Origin: an uncultured Flavobacteriaceae bacterium
Lineage (GTDB): Bacteria; Bacteroidota; Bacteroidia; Flavobacteriales; Flavobacteriaceae
DNA length: 64,000 bases
Reading direction: 5' to 3'
Assembly (NCBI GenBank): GCA_905182835.1
Contig: CAJJDI010000004.1
Span: forward strand, 27,213 to 91,212
Below the pieces are notes generated by a model that saw only the letters and a list, made by a program, of their open reading frames with translations, had not been told where the DNA came from and did not search any database. Positions 1 to 10,058 of this stretch are shown piece after piece (position 1 is the first letter of the stretch; each line of letters starts with the position of its first letter). A program made the translations under genes and the position numbers.

Positions 1-612
1 TATAATGCAATTATCAAAATTAGCAAGAAAATTTTCAAGCCAAGTTATTGTTTCGTAATCTAAATCATTGGTAGGCTCATCCATGATTAACACATCTGGA
101 TTACCAAATAAAGACTGAGCAAGAAGAATTCTAACCTTTAACTTCGCATCAACATCTTTCATTAAAGTGAAGTGCAAGTTCTCTTTAATCCCTAAGTTAG
201 AAAGTAAAGCTGCAGCAGAACTTTCAGCATTCCAACCATCCATTTCTTCAAATTGTTGCTGTAAAACACCTATTTTATCTGCATTTTCATCATTATAATC
301 AGCATATAATTTATCCATTTCAGACTTGACGTCATAAAGGGATTTATTTCCAATAATTACTGTATCTAAAACATTTTTATCATCATATAAATTATGATTC
401 TGTTCCAGTACAGACATTCTTTTAGTAGGCTCCAAATGAACATGCCCAGATGTGGGGTCTAACTTTCCTGCTAATATTTTCAGGAAAGTAGATTTTCCAG
501 AACCATTTGCTCCTATTATTCCGTAACAATTTCCATTATTGAAAGAGGTGTTTACATCGTCAAATAAAACTCTTTTACCAAACTGAACTGAAAGATTTGA
601 GACTGATAACAT
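1..612 (-). CDS. ABC-F family ATP-binding cassette protein, N-terminal part (gene runs off the left edge)
   Basis: Hand translation of the minus strand from ATG (complement of 610-612) gives MLSVSNLSVQFGKRVLFDDVNTSFNNGNCYGIIGANGSGKSTFLKILAG... with Walker A GANGSGKST. The frame stays open to nt 1. It is absent from the ORF track because it is truncated. Confidence 0.85.
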   Translation of the reverse strand, partial: MLSVSNLSVQFGKRVLFDDVNTSFNNGNCYGIIGANGSGKSTFLKILAGKLDPTSGHVHLEPTKRMSVLEQNHNLYDDKNVLDTVIIGNKSLYDVKSEMDKLYADYNDENADKIGVLQQQFEEMDGWNAESSAAALLSNLGIKENLHFTLMKDVDAKLKVRILLAQSLFGNPDVLIMDEPTNDLDYETITWLENFLANFDNCII

Positions 613-636
613 ATTAGATTAATTTATAAATTTTTG

Positions 637-644
637 CAAAAATA
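637..644 (-). promoter_or_regulatory. Candidate Bacteroidota -7 promoter box (TAnnTTTG) for the ABC-F gene
   Basis: The minus strand reads TATTTTTG about 25 nt upstream of the ATG at 612. This is a motif match only. Confidence 0.3.
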
Positions 645-758
645 TAAAATCTAATCGCCAAAAGCTTAATCTACATTAATTAAATAGGTTTAATTTAACA
701 GGTAATTAACACAATTAAAGTCTATTGATCTATATTTTTGATTAATTATTATATGTTG

Positions 759-2186
759 ATGAAAAAAATATTCAAGTTTTTATTAATTTTTATTATTCTT
801 TATGGATGTCAAAATTCTGAAGAAATTACCCACAGCTATGTAGGAGGTGAAATAATCAATCCTATTAATAGAAAATTAACCATATTTAGGTCAAATAAAA
901 TTATAGATTCATTAGAGTTAGATAATAATAACAGATTCTTGACTAAAATTAAATCAACTGAAGCTGGTTTTTACGGATTTTATCACGGTTCTGAATATCA
1001 ATTAATTTTACTAGAACCAAATGACAGTATTACTCTTAGAGTAAACACCTTAGATTTTGACGAATCTTTATCATTCAGTGGTATCGGGTCAAAAAAAAAT
1101 AATTATTTAATTAACTTGTTTACAAAGTATGAGAACTCAAGAAGAAAGAGGGGGTCTAATTTATATAGACTTAATCCTACTGAGTTTAAAAATAAAATAG
1201 ATTCCATAAAATTAAATGAAGTTAGATTATTGAAAAAATTTACTTCTTCTAACCCTAACTCACAACTATTCAAAAAGGTTGCGATGAACACTATTAATTA
1301 TATTTTCAACTCTAAAAAAGAAGCATATCGTTTTATAGAAATGAATAATAATGACGAAATAATCTATCCAGAAAATTTTTATGATTTTAGAAAAAAAATA
1401 GACTACAACAACAGCTTACTTGAAGGATTTTATCAATACTACAATTTTTTATTTCCACATTTTGACAATTTAGCATATGAAAAATTTGTAGAGTCTTATA
1501 ACAGTAAGTCTTTTAGCAAAGGTAACCTTGATTATAATATGATTAAATTAGACTTGATTGACAGTTTAGTTCAGAATATTGAAATAAAATCTAGATTAAC
1601 TTCATTTATAACAAGAAGATTCCTGTCTTTTAGCAAATCTAAAAATGAGACAGATAAAATATACAACCACTATTTAAATATAAATAACAACCCAAATAAC
1701 AAGGAAGTGAATAGGGTGACCAGGTTATACAATAGTTTAAAAAAACTACAAAAAGGAAAAAAATTACCTTTAATTGAGCTAGTTAATACCAATAAAATAC
1801 CGGTGAATATAAATAATTTAATCACTGATAAATCAGTGATTTACTTTTGGAGTAAAAATTCAAAGAACTCTTATAAATATAGCCACGATAAGGTAAAAGA
1901 ATTAAAAGAAGCTTATCCTAATATTAACTTTATATCTATAAACATAGACAAAATTAATAGTAATCAATGGTTAAGTAAATTGAAGAGAAATTCAAATTAT
2001 TGTAATTGCAATAATTGTAAATTAAAGCTCCCTGTTAATGAGTATAAGTTACGTAATGTAGATATAGCAAAAAAACTTCTCGGAATTCAATATATCAGAA
2101 AAACAATTATCGTAGATTCAAAAATGAATATTATTGAATCAAATATAAATTTATTCAGTGATGATTTTAATGAACTTATAAATTAA
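759..2186 (+). CDS. Lipoprotein with C-terminal TlpA-like thioredoxin fold lacking the CXXC motif
   Basis: The track ORF 738-2186 starts at TTG. ATG at 759 gives [17 protein letters not shown], a lipobox. The C-terminus follows the TlpA/ResA pattern (KSVIYFWS...[18 protein letters not shown]...[11 protein letters not shown]), but the redox motif position reads SKNS. Confidence 0.7.
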   Translation: MKKIFKFLLIFIILYGCQNSEEITHSYVGGEIINPINRKLTIFRSNKIIDSLELDNNNRFLTKIKSTEAGFYGFYHGSEYQLILLEPNDSITLRVNTLDFDESLSFSGIGSKKNNYLINLFTKYENSRRKRGSNLYRLNPTEFKNKIDSIKLNEVRLLKKFTSSNPNSQLFKKVAMNTINYIFNSKKEAYRFIEMNNNDEIIYPENFYDFRKKIDYNNSLLEGFYQYYNFLFPHFDNLAYEKFVESYNSKSFSKGNLDYNMIKLDLIDSLVQNIEIKSRLTSFITRRFLSFSKSKNETDKIYNHYLNINNNPNNKEVNRVTRLYNSLKKLQKGKKLPLIELVNTNKIPVNINNLITDKSVIYFWSKNSKNSYKYSHDKVKELKEAYPNINFISINIDKINSNQWLSKLKRNSNYCNCNNCKLKLPVNEYKLRNVDIAKKLLGIQYIRKTIIVDSKMNIIESNINLFSDDFNELIN

Positions 2187-2836
2187 TTACCTTTTTTGTA
2201 ATCACTAAGAAATTTCTCCAATCCAATATCAGTTAACGGGTGTCTTAATAAGCCCGTAATAGAACTTAAAGGCCCTGTCATAACATCAGCTCCGAGTTTA
2301 GCACAATCTATTACATGCATCGTGTGTCTAACCGATGCAGCAAGAATTTGTGTAGTGAAACCATAATTATCATAAATCTGTCTAATTTCTGCAATTAAAT
2401 TTAAGCCATCAGTTGATATATCATCTAATCTTCCAATAAACGGAGAAACATATGTAGCACCTGCTTTTGCGGCTAATAATGCCTGCCCTGCAGAAAAAAC
2501 TAAAGTAACATTTGTTTTCACACCATTGTCGCTAAAGTATTTAGCAGCTTTTATACCATCCTTAATCATCGGTAATTTGACTACTATTTGTTTATGCAAG
2601 TTTGCTAAGACCGTTCCTTCACTTATCATATTGTCAAAGTCTGTTGCGATAACTTCAGCTGAAACATCACCGTCTACTATTTCACAAATATCTTTATAGT
2701 GTTGTAAAATATTTTCTTTTCCTGTAATTCCTTCCTTCGCCATTAGGGAAGGATTTGTAGTCACACCATCTAAAACACCCAAATCTTGTGCTTCTTTAAT
2801 TTGATCTAAGTTTGCGGTATCAATAAAAAATTTCAT
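2183..2836 (-). CDS. fsa: Fructose-6-phosphate aldolase / transaldolase family protein (TalC/Fsa type)
   Basis: 217 aa. [31 protein letters not shown]... and KLP..DGIKA are typical of short class I transaldolase/FSA. Confidence 0.9.
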   Translation of the reverse strand: MKFFIDTANLDQIKEAQDLGVLDGVTTNPSLMAKEGITGKENILQHYKDICEIVDGDVSAEVIATDFDNMISEGTVLANLHKQIVVKLPMIKDGIKAAKYFSDNGVKTNVTLVFSAGQALLAAKAGATYVSPFIGRLDDISTDGLNLIAEIRQIYDNYGFTTQILAASVRHTMHVIDCAKLGADVMTGPLSSITGLLRHPLTDIGLEKFLSDYKKGN

Positions 2837-2923
2837 AGTATTTAATTTTTTATAAAATTACAATAAATAAAGATTTTAGAAATTATAACACATGGAAACA
2901 TATTAACATAAACATGAACAATA

Positions 2924-3721
2924 TTAATAACTTTTCATTACGATATATTCAAATAATTTTTGAGGAAGAAGAAGCTTCAAATAAGGAGCCATTCGCTCTA
3001 AGAAAGAACCTACAGTATATTTTTTGTTTGGATTTTTTGTTTTAATTATTTTAAAAATCAATTTAGCTATCAAAAGAGGGTCAGAACCACTATCTACGTG
3101 CTCATTCATTAGCCTAAGAGCTTTCGAATAACCAGAAAAATAAGCTGATTTCTCCTCATTAGGTGCGTGATACCTTCTTGAGGCAATATTAGTTGCAAAA
3201 TCTCCAGGAGCTATAGTAACAACTTTAATATTAAATGGCTTAGTTTCCATATTTAAAGTTTCTGAAACCAAATCTAATGCTGATTTAGCAGCACTATAGA
3301 TTGACCTGTATGGAGTGCCTACATAAGCAGCTACTGATGTGATATTAATAATTAAACCTTGATTTTTAGATCGCATTTTGGGCAAAACACATTTCATAAC
3401 ATTTATTGGGCCAAATAAATTTGTTTTAAAATTGTTTTCAATTTCTTTTTCAGGAATCTCTTCTAAAGGTCCAGTAATACCTACACCAGCATTGTTAATT
3501 AAGACATCTATTTTACCTTCAATTTTAATTATCTTATCAACACACAAATTAATACTCTCTAGATTTTTAACATCAAGGTCTAATAATTCGAATTTAGAAT
3601 TCAAGTAATTTGATGAATTTCTACTAGTACCATAAACTTTGAATCTATTAATAGTTAAAAAATCACCTATAGCTTTACCTATCCCAGATGAAGCACCGGT
3701 AATAAAAATTACTTTTGACAT
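2924..3721 (-). CDS. Short-chain dehydrogenase/reductase (SDR) family oxidoreductase
   Basis: TGASSGIGKA Rossmann motif, NNAG, and catalytic Y-x-x-x-K (YSAAK). Confidence 0.9.
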   Translation of the reverse strand: MSKVIFITGASSGIGKAIGDFLTINRFKVYGTSRNSSNYLNSKFELLDLDVKNLESINLCVDKIIKIEGKIDVLINNAGVGITGPLEEIPEKEIENNFKTNLFGPINVMKCVLPKMRSKNQGLIINITSVAAYVGTPYRSIYSAAKSALDLVSETLNMETKPFNIKVVTIAPGDFATNIASRRYHAPNEEKSAYFSGYSKALRLMNEHVDSGSDPLLIAKLIFKIIKTKNPNKKYTVGSFLERMAPYLKLLLPQKLFEYIVMKSY

Positions 3722-3758
3722 GATTATGAAAAGTTTAGAAAAGAAATATATAAAAAAA

Positions 3759-3860
3759 AAGGCAAGTTACCTACATCACACTGCTACAACCGTATACCTT
3801 TGCTGTGTTCCCACTCTGGAGGATTAAACAGGAGCTAGTTGTGTAGGACTTGCCGTGGCA
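3759..3860 (-). ncRNA. ffs: Signal recognition particle RNA (small bacterial 4.5S type)
   Basis: The minus strand reads GCCACGGCAAGUCCUACACAAC...CUCCUGUUUAAUCCUCCAGAGUG-GGAA-CACAGCAAAGG...GAUGUAGGUAACUUGCC. It has a GNRA (GGAA) tetraloop closed by GUG/CAC and followed by AGCA. The terminal arms pair (GGCAAGU.CUACA / UGUAGG.ACUUGCC). It aligns well with E. coli 4.5S domain IV. Confidence 0.8.
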
Positions 3861-3931
3861 AATATACAAATGATTTATAATACGTTAAGATTTTTTTAAG
3901 TTAATTTAAATAAATAAATTGCCATTAATCT

Positions 3932-4969
3932 ATGAATATGACTTTCAAAATAATACAAAATATTCTATTATTAATTTTAGTAGGGTGCAACAATAGTATT
4001 GACGGTAATTTAAAAATTACATCTAACATTACTAATACTATTAAATCTAACGAGGTAGTTAAAATATCTATAAATGAACCATTTGATTCAATTAAAATTT
4101 TCAATTCCAATAAATTAATTTATAGTAGCATTAATAATACGCTTAATAACATAAATATTGATTTAACTATTTTTAAACTTGGTGAAAATAACATAAAAGT
4201 AGTCTCATTTTTCAAAAAATATAACAAATCAAAAAAATATAATTTTATTGTCTTGCATAATAAAAAGCCAGAGTTATTCTATTATAAAATAATTAATACA
4301 TATCCTCATGATATTAATTCCTACACTCAAGGGCTTGAATTCAATAACGGTTTTTTATATGAAAGCACAGGGAAATATGGAAAATCAAAACTTAGAAAGG
4401 TCAACTATAAAACTGGAGAAGTTTTACAAGAAGTTGATCTTTTAAATAAATACTTTGCTGAAGGTTTAACAATTATAAATGATAAGTTAATTCAACTTAC
4501 ATGGAGAGAAAAAATTGGATTAATCTATGATCTAAACAATCTAAACTTAATTGATCAATTTTACTACAATAAAAGTTTAGAAGGGTGGGGATTGTGTAAT
4601 GATAAAAACAAAATATATAAAAGTGATGGAACCGAAAAAATTTGGATATTAGATCCTGATACATACAAAGAAATAGATAATCTTCAAGTTTATACTGACA
4701 AGGGAAAAGTTAATGGCTTAAATGAATTAGAATGGGTGAACGGTAGAATTTACGCGAATAGATACTTGAAAAATGGTGTTGCTATTATCAATCCAAATAA
4801 CGGTGCTGTTGAAGGTGTTATTGACCTTTCTGGGTTAAAAGAAAAGGTTACTACTCATGACGGGTTAGATGTGTTAAATGGTATCGCCTTCAACCAAGAA
4901 AGCAAAACATTATTTGTAACAGGAAAAATGTGGGATAAAATGTTTGAAATTAAAATAATCAAAAAATAA
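3932..4969 (+). CDS. Glutaminyl-peptide cyclotransferase (beta-propeller, plant/bacterial type) lipoprotein with extra N-terminal domain
   Basis: Lipobox LLILVGC. The C-terminal 230 aa (YPHDINSYTQGLEFNNGFLYESTGKYGKSKLRKVNYKTGEV...NELEWVNGRIYAN...LNGIAF) match the glutamine cyclotransferase family. Confidence 0.85.
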   Translation: MNMTFKIIQNILLLILVGCNNSIDGNLKITSNITNTIKSNEVVKISINEPFDSIKIFNSNKLIYSSINNTLNNINIDLTIFKLGENNIKVVSFFKKYNKSKKYNFIVLHNKKPELFYYKIINTYPHDINSYTQGLEFNNGFLYESTGKYGKSKLRKVNYKTGEVLQEVDLLNKYFAEGLTIINDKLIQLTWREKIGLIYDLNNLNLIDQFYYNKSLEGWGLCNDKNKIYKSDGTEKIWILDPDTYKEIDNLQVYTDKGKVNGLNELEWVNGRIYANRYLKNGVAIINPNNGAVEGVIDLSGLKEKVTTHDGLDVLNGIAFNQESKTLFVTGKMWDKMFEIKIIKK

Positions 4970-4985
4970 GAAGTCGAAATTTGAT

Positions 4986-6575
4986 ATGAAAAAGATATTT
5001 TATTTAACACTATATATTGTTATTATAATTTTTTGGAGTTCCTGTAGGGATGATTTTAATTTTAAGATTACTGAAACTCAATTAAGTTTTTCTAAAGACA
5101 CCGTATATTTAGATACTATTTTTACTAACATTGGTTCTAGCACCTACAATTTAAAAATATATAACAACTCTAACGACAATATTTTAATCCCTAGCATAAA
5201 CCTTGAAAATGGTGAAGATTCCTATTATAGATTAAATGTGGATGGTATGTATGGTGATCAAAGTAATTCCGGAAAACACTTCGAAAATGTTGAATTACTA
5301 GCAAAAGACAGTTTGTTTATATTTATAGAAACCACTCTAGATATTGCAAATTTAACAAATGAGTCTAATCAGTTTTTGTATAATGATCAAATTAATTTTG
5401 ACACTGGTTTTAATTCTCAAGCAGTAGAGTTAATCACATTAGTAAAAGATGCAGTATTTATCTACCCGCATAAATACATTGACGAAAATACTGGAGAAAC
5501 AATTACTGAAACATTGAGTTTTGATACCGACAATGATGGCATTACTGAAGAAACTAATTTACAAGGGCGATTTTTATTAGAAAATGAATTGAATTTTACA
5601 AATGAAAAACCATATGTCATATATGGATATGCTGCTGTACCAGAAAATAGCATATTGAACATAGACAGAGGTGCAAGAATTCATTTTCATGCTAACTCAG
5701 GAGTAATAGTAACCAACGGAGCTTCAATTCATGTTAATGGAGAGTTTAGCGAAAATCAAGAAACATTAGAAAATGAAGTTATTTTTGAAGGAGATCGACT
5801 AGAAGATAATTTCGACAACGTTCCTGGACAGTGGGGTACCATTTGGCTATTTCAAGGTAGTATTAACAACATTGTAAATTATTCAACAATAAAAAATTCA
5901 ACAATTGGAATCTACACTGAAGGTTTTTTGAATTCTAGTAATCAATTAGTTATTAATAATTCTAAAATTTACAATTCCAGTAATTTTGGAATTTTAGCAA
6001 AGTCATCTTCCATAGAAGCAAGTAATTTAATAATTAACAGAAGTGGTCAGTCTTCATTTGCTGCTACATATGGTGGAAATTATAATCTAACTCACTGTAC
6101 AATAACTAATTATTGGAATAGTAGTTTTAGACAATTCCCTAGCTTATTAGTGAATAACTATTGGATTGATAATAATGGGGAAATATTAAATAACCCAAAC
6201 TTGAATTTTAATATAAGTAACAGCATTATTTATGGAAATGAAAATATTGAGTTTTTAGTTGAACAATTCGATGACACAAATTTAAATTTTAAATTTCAAA
6301 ACTGTTTGATTAAGTTTAATGACATTAATAACAATTTATCAAATGAAATTAATTATGATTTTTCTAACATAAATAATTATGAAAACATATATTTCAATTT
6401 GAACCCTGATTTTAAAAATGGGTACAACAATGAATTATTTATTTTACAGAATTCTGAAGCAATTAACCGAGGGAACTCACAACAAGCATTATTATTCCCT
6501 TTAGATATACTAAATACAAACAGAGTAGACTCACCTGACTTAGGTGCTTATCAACATATTATAATTAATGATTAA
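4986..6575 (+). CDS. Right-handed parallel beta-helix repeat lipoprotein (function unknown)
   Basis: Lipobox FWSSC. Repetitive N/S/I-rich turns (IKNSTIGIY, INNSKIYNSSNFGI, INRSGQSS, HCTITN). The C-terminal PDLGAYQ motif is typical of beta-helix proteins. Confidence 0.65.
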   Translation: MKKIFYLTLYIVIIIFWSSCRDDFNFKITETQLSFSKDTVYLDTIFTNIGSSTYNLKIYNNSNDNILIPSINLENGEDSYYRLNVDGMYGDQSNSGKHFENVELLAKDSLFIFIETTLDIANLTNESNQFLYNDQINFDTGFNSQAVELITLVKDAVFIYPHKYIDENTGETITETLSFDTDNDGITEETNLQGRFLLENELNFTNEKPYVIYGYAAVPENSILNIDRGARIHFHANSGVIVTNGASIHVNGEFSENQETLENEVIFEGDRLEDNFDNVPGQWGTIWLFQGSINNIVNYSTIKNSTIGIYTEGFLNSSNQLVINNSKIYNSSNFGILAKSSSIEASNLIINRSGQSSFAATYGGNYNLTHCTITNYWNSSFRQFPSLLVNNYWIDNNGEILNNPNLNFNISNSIIYGNENIEFLVEQFDDTNLNFKFQNCLIKFNDINNNLSNEINYDFSNINNYENIYFNLNPDFKNGYNNELFILQNSEAINRGNSQQALLFPLDILNTNRVDSPDLGAYQHIIIND

Positions 6576-6576
6576 T

Positions 6577-7851
6577 TTAAGTTGAAAAAAGAGGGAATTT
6601 ATTCATCATTAAATTCACAGCATTAGCAATTTCCTTTAACCTATCCTCATTATCATGATTAATTATAGCTTCATCTATAAAATTCACAATTTTAACCATA
6701 TCATTTTCGTCTAGCCCTCTAGTTGTAACAGCTGCAGTTCCTACTCTAATACCAGAAGTAATAAATGGTGATTTATCATCAAATGGAACCATGTTTTTAT
6801 TTACAGTAATATCGGCAACTTCAAGAGCATGTTCAGCAGATTTACCATCAATATTCTTACTCCTAAGATCAATTAACATCATATGATTATCTGTACCATT
6901 AGAGATAATATCATAACCTTTCTTTATAAATTCCTTAGCCATTATCTCAGCATTCTTTTTAACTTTTAAAATATAATACATATAATCATCTTGCAGGGCT
7001 TCTCTAAAAGCAACAGCTTTAGCAGCAATTACGTGTTCTAGCGGCCCACCTTGATTTCCAGGAAATATTGCAGAATTAAGCATAGAAGACATCTTTTTTA
7101 ACTTGCCACTTTTTAATTTAATTCCAAAAGGGTTTTCAAAATCCTCTCCCATTAATATTAAACCACCTCTTGGGCCTCTTAAAGTCTTATGAGTAGTAGT
7201 AGTCACTATGTGGCAATGAGGAATAGGATCATTTAAAATACCCTTAGCAATTAATCCAGAGGGGTGAGAAATATCTCCTAATAATATTGCATTTACACTA
7301 TCAGCTATAACTCTAAATCTTTCAAAATCCATATCTCTAGAATAAGCAGAAGCACCAGCTATTATCATCTTTGGTTTCTCTCGTGTAGCAATTTCTTGTA
7401 TTTTGTCGTAGTTTAAGGTTCCAGTTTCTTTTTCTACTCCATAAAAAACAGGATTATATAATTTTCCAGAAAAATTAACGGGGGATCCATGTGTTAAATG
7501 TCCGCCATGAGATAGATCAAATCCTAGAATTTTATCACCAACGTTTAAACAAGCAAAGAATACTGCAGAATTAGCCTGACTACCTGAATGTGGCTGTACA
7601 TTAGCCCAACAAGCACCAAAAAGCTCTTTAGCTCTTTCAATTGCTAATAATTCAATTTTATCAACTACCTCACAACCACCATAATATCTCTTTCCTGGAT
7701 ATCCTTCAGCGTACTTATTAGTTAGAATTGAGCCAGTAGCTTCCATTACATCATCACTGGTATAATTTTCAGAAGCTATAAGTTCAATGCCTTTAGTTTG
7801 TCTAGTTTTTTCTTCTTTAATTAATTCAAAAATTAATTTATCTTTTGACAT
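6577..7851 (-). CDS. glyA: Serine hydroxymethyltransferase
   Basis: 424 aa with [22 protein letters not shown] and [14 protein letters not shown] (PLP lysine motif). Confidence 0.97.
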   Translation of the reverse strand: MSKDKLIFELIKEEKTRQTKGIELIASENYTSDDVMEATGSILTNKYAEGYPGKRYYGGCEVVDKIELLAIERAKELFGACWANVQPHSGSQANSAVFFACLNVGDKILGFDLSHGGHLTHGSPVNFSGKLYNPVFYGVEKETGTLNYDKIQEIATREKPKMIIAGASAYSRDMDFERFRVIADSVNAILLGDISHPSGLIAKGILNDPIPHCHIVTTTTHKTLRGPRGGLILMGEDFENPFGIKLKSGKLKKMSSMLNSAIFPGNQGGPLEHVIAAKAVAFREALQDDYMYYILKVKKNAEIMAKEFIKKGYDIISNGTDNHMMLIDLRSKNIDGKSAEHALEVADITVNKNMVPFDDKSPFITSGIRVGTAAVTTRGLDENDMVKIVNFIDEAIINHDNEDRLKEIANAVNLMMNKFPLFST

Positions 7852-7971
7852 GGAATCTATTGTTAAAATTATTATTCAAAAATAAACAAATGATAAGTTT
7901 AACAATACAAAAAACATATATTTGGTATCTTAGTTATTAAAAACTAATTAACAATAACTAGTTTTCTCAAA

Positions 7972-8433
7972 ATGAAGGGTAAAATAAATATAATAAATAA
8001 GAAAGCTAGATTTGAGTATGAAATTCTTGACAGATATAATGCTGGAATTGTATTAACCGGATCTGAAATAAAATCAATAAGAATTGGGAAAGCATCTATC
8101 AGTGAAAGCTTTTGTGAGTTTAATGAACATATTGAATTATTTGTAGTTAATATGAATATAGAAACTTACAATTTTTCCTCAAGCTTCAATCATTTACCAA
8201 AATCAACTAGAAAGTTATTATTAAATAAGAAAGAGCTCCTTAAATTAAATAAAAGCGTAAACAATTCTGGCCTAACAATCATCCCTTTGAAATTATACCT
8301 TAACGAAAAAGGAATTGCTAAACTAGAGATTGCACTTGCTAAAGGAAAAAAATTATACGACAAAAGACAAACAATGATTGATCGTGATAATAAAAGAGAT
8401 TTAGATAGAGTCAAAAAAGAAAACAAGAGTTAA
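7972..8433 (+). CDS. smpB: SsrA-binding protein
   Basis: 153 aa with NKKARFEYEI..GIVLTGSEIKSIR...LLLNKKE. Confidence 0.95.
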   Translation: MKGKINIINKKARFEYEILDRYNAGIVLTGSEIKSIRIGKASISESFCEFNEHIELFVVNMNIETYNFSSSFNHLPKSTRKLLLNKKELLKLNKSVNNSGLTIIPLKLYLNEKGIAKLEIALAKGKKLYDKRQTMIDRDNKRDLDRVKKENKS

Positions 8434-9071
8434 TTCTTCTCTTTTAGAAGAGGTACAAACTGAAATTCTCCATACTCAACTTTATCAAATTTTTCTTTAG
8501 ACACCCTTGTTATTACTGTCATTTTTTGAATTTTATCACCAACAGGTATTATTAATTTCGCATTGATTTTAAGTTGACTCAGTAACATTTTTGGAATAAA
8601 TGGAGCACCTGCTGTAACAATAATTGAATCATATGGCGCTTCATTTTCAAAGCCTTTATAACCATCACCAAAAATAAGTTTTTTAGGATAATAACCAATT
8701 TTTGGCAAAAATAAGCTTGTCTTTTTAAACAATTCCTTTTGCCTTTCAATTGAATACACAATAGCTCCAAGCGCACATAAAACCGCAGTCTGATAACCAC
8801 TTCCTGTCCCAACTTCTAATACTTTATCACCTTTACTTATTTTTAATAATTCTGTTTGGAAAGCGACTGTATATGGCTGAGATATTGTTTGACCAGCTGA
8901 AATTGGAAAAGCTTTATCTTGGTAAGCGTGATCTAAAAAGCTTGAATCCATAAATAAATGCCTAGGTATTGACTGAATGGCATTTAAAACCTTTAAATCT
9001 GAGATCCCTTTGTTTTTTATTTCTAGGACTAATTTATTTCTTAAACCCTTATGTCTTAATGTATCTTTCAA
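8430..9071 (-). CDS. pcm: Protein-L-isoaspartate O-methyltransferase
   Basis: 213 aa with GQTISQPYTVA and the SAM motif VLEVGTGSGYQTAVL. Confidence 0.93.
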   Translation of the reverse strand: MKDTLRHKGLRNKLVLEIKNKGISDLKVLNAIQSIPRHLFMDSSFLDHAYQDKAFPISAGQTISQPYTVAFQTELLKISKGDKVLEVGTGSGYQTAVLCALGAIVYSIERQKELFKKTSLFLPKIGYYPKKLIFGDGYKGFENEAPYDSIIVTAGAPFIPKMLLSQLKINAKLIIPVGDKIQKMTVITRVSKEKFDKVEYGEFQFVPLLKEKN

Positions 9072-9162
9072 GGCTATAAAAGTAAATATATTTCCATTAT
9101 AATTCTAAGTTTATTATGGATATAAAAATATTACATTTGTAGTATAATATAAACTAGTTAAA

Positions 9163-10053
9163 ATGATAAAAGGTATTGTAATTATTGGAGCCGGAACTAT
9201 GGGTAATGGTATTGCTCATACGTTTGCGCAGAGTAACTTTAAAGTTGACTTAATAGATGTTAGTCAGGTTTCATTAGACAAAGCAATGAAAACTATATCT
9301 AACAATTTAGAAAGAATGGTAACTAAAGAAAAGATTTCAGAATTAGAAAAAATCAATACACTTAATAATATCACTACAAGCACAAGTATTAAAAACACTT
9401 CAAAAAACACTGATTTAGTTATAGAAGCTGCAACTGAAAACTTAGATTTAAAACTAAAAATATTTAAAGAATTAGATGATTATTATACTGAAAATACACT
9501 ATTAGCTTCCAATACTTCATCCATATCTATTACTCAGATTGCTTCAGCCACAAACAGACCGCATAAAGTTATAGGTATGCATTTTATGAACCCCGTTCCT
9601 TTGATGAAACTTGTTGAGGTAATAAAAGGCTATGAAACCAATTTAGCAACTTTAAATTTGATTACTGAAATAGCTAAACTTATCAATAAGGAACCTGTAG
9701 AGGTTAATGATTATCCTGGCTTCATAGCTAATAGAATTTTACTTCCGATGATTAACGAAGCTATTGAATCTCTTCATCACGGCGTTAGCTCTGTTAAAAA
9801 TATTGATGATATCATGAAATTAGGCATGGGTCATCCGATGGGCCCACTTCAGTTAGCTGACTTTATTGGATTAGATGTTTGTTTGTCAATATTAAATGTA
9901 ATGTATAAAGGTTTTAAAAGTCCAAAGTATGTTGCCTCACCTTTACTAGTTAACATGGTTCAAGCTGGAAAATTAGGAATTAAATCAAAAGAAGGTTTTT
10001 ATGATTATTCAAATAATAAAAAAGCGGAAGTTGTATCTAAACAATTCCAATAG
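9163..10053 (+). CDS. 3-hydroxyacyl-CoA / 3-hydroxybutyryl-CoA dehydrogenase
   Basis: IIGAGTMGNGIA NAD fold, HFMNPVP, GFIANRIL, MGPLQLADFIGLD. Confidence 0.92.
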   Translation: MIKGIVIIGAGTMGNGIAHTFAQSNFKVDLIDVSQVSLDKAMKTISNNLERMVTKEKISELEKINTLNNITTSTSIKNTSKNTDLVIEAATENLDLKLKIFKELDDYYTENTLLASNTSSISITQIASATNRPHKVIGMHFMNPVPLMKLVEVIKGYETNLATLNLITEIAKLINKEPVEVNDYPGFIANRILLPMINEAIESLHHGVSSVKNIDDIMKLGMGHPMGPLQLADFIGLDVCLSILNVMYKGFKSPKYVASPLLVNMVQAGKLGIKSKEGFYDYSNNKKAEVVSKQFQ

Positions 10054-10058
10054 TCATT

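Noticed and set aside
3639-3827. 62-aa ORF on the + strand, and the 61-aa ORF at 3925-4110 (-).
   Set aside because: The first overlaps the end of the SDR gene and the SRP RNA. The second is antisense to the cyclase gene. Neither has recognisable motifs, and both are typical chance frames.
7931-7960. 8-bp inverted repeat TAGTTATT-N14-AATAACTA upstream of smpB.
   Set aside because: Short all-AT palindromes are expected by chance in this composition, and there is no supporting context.
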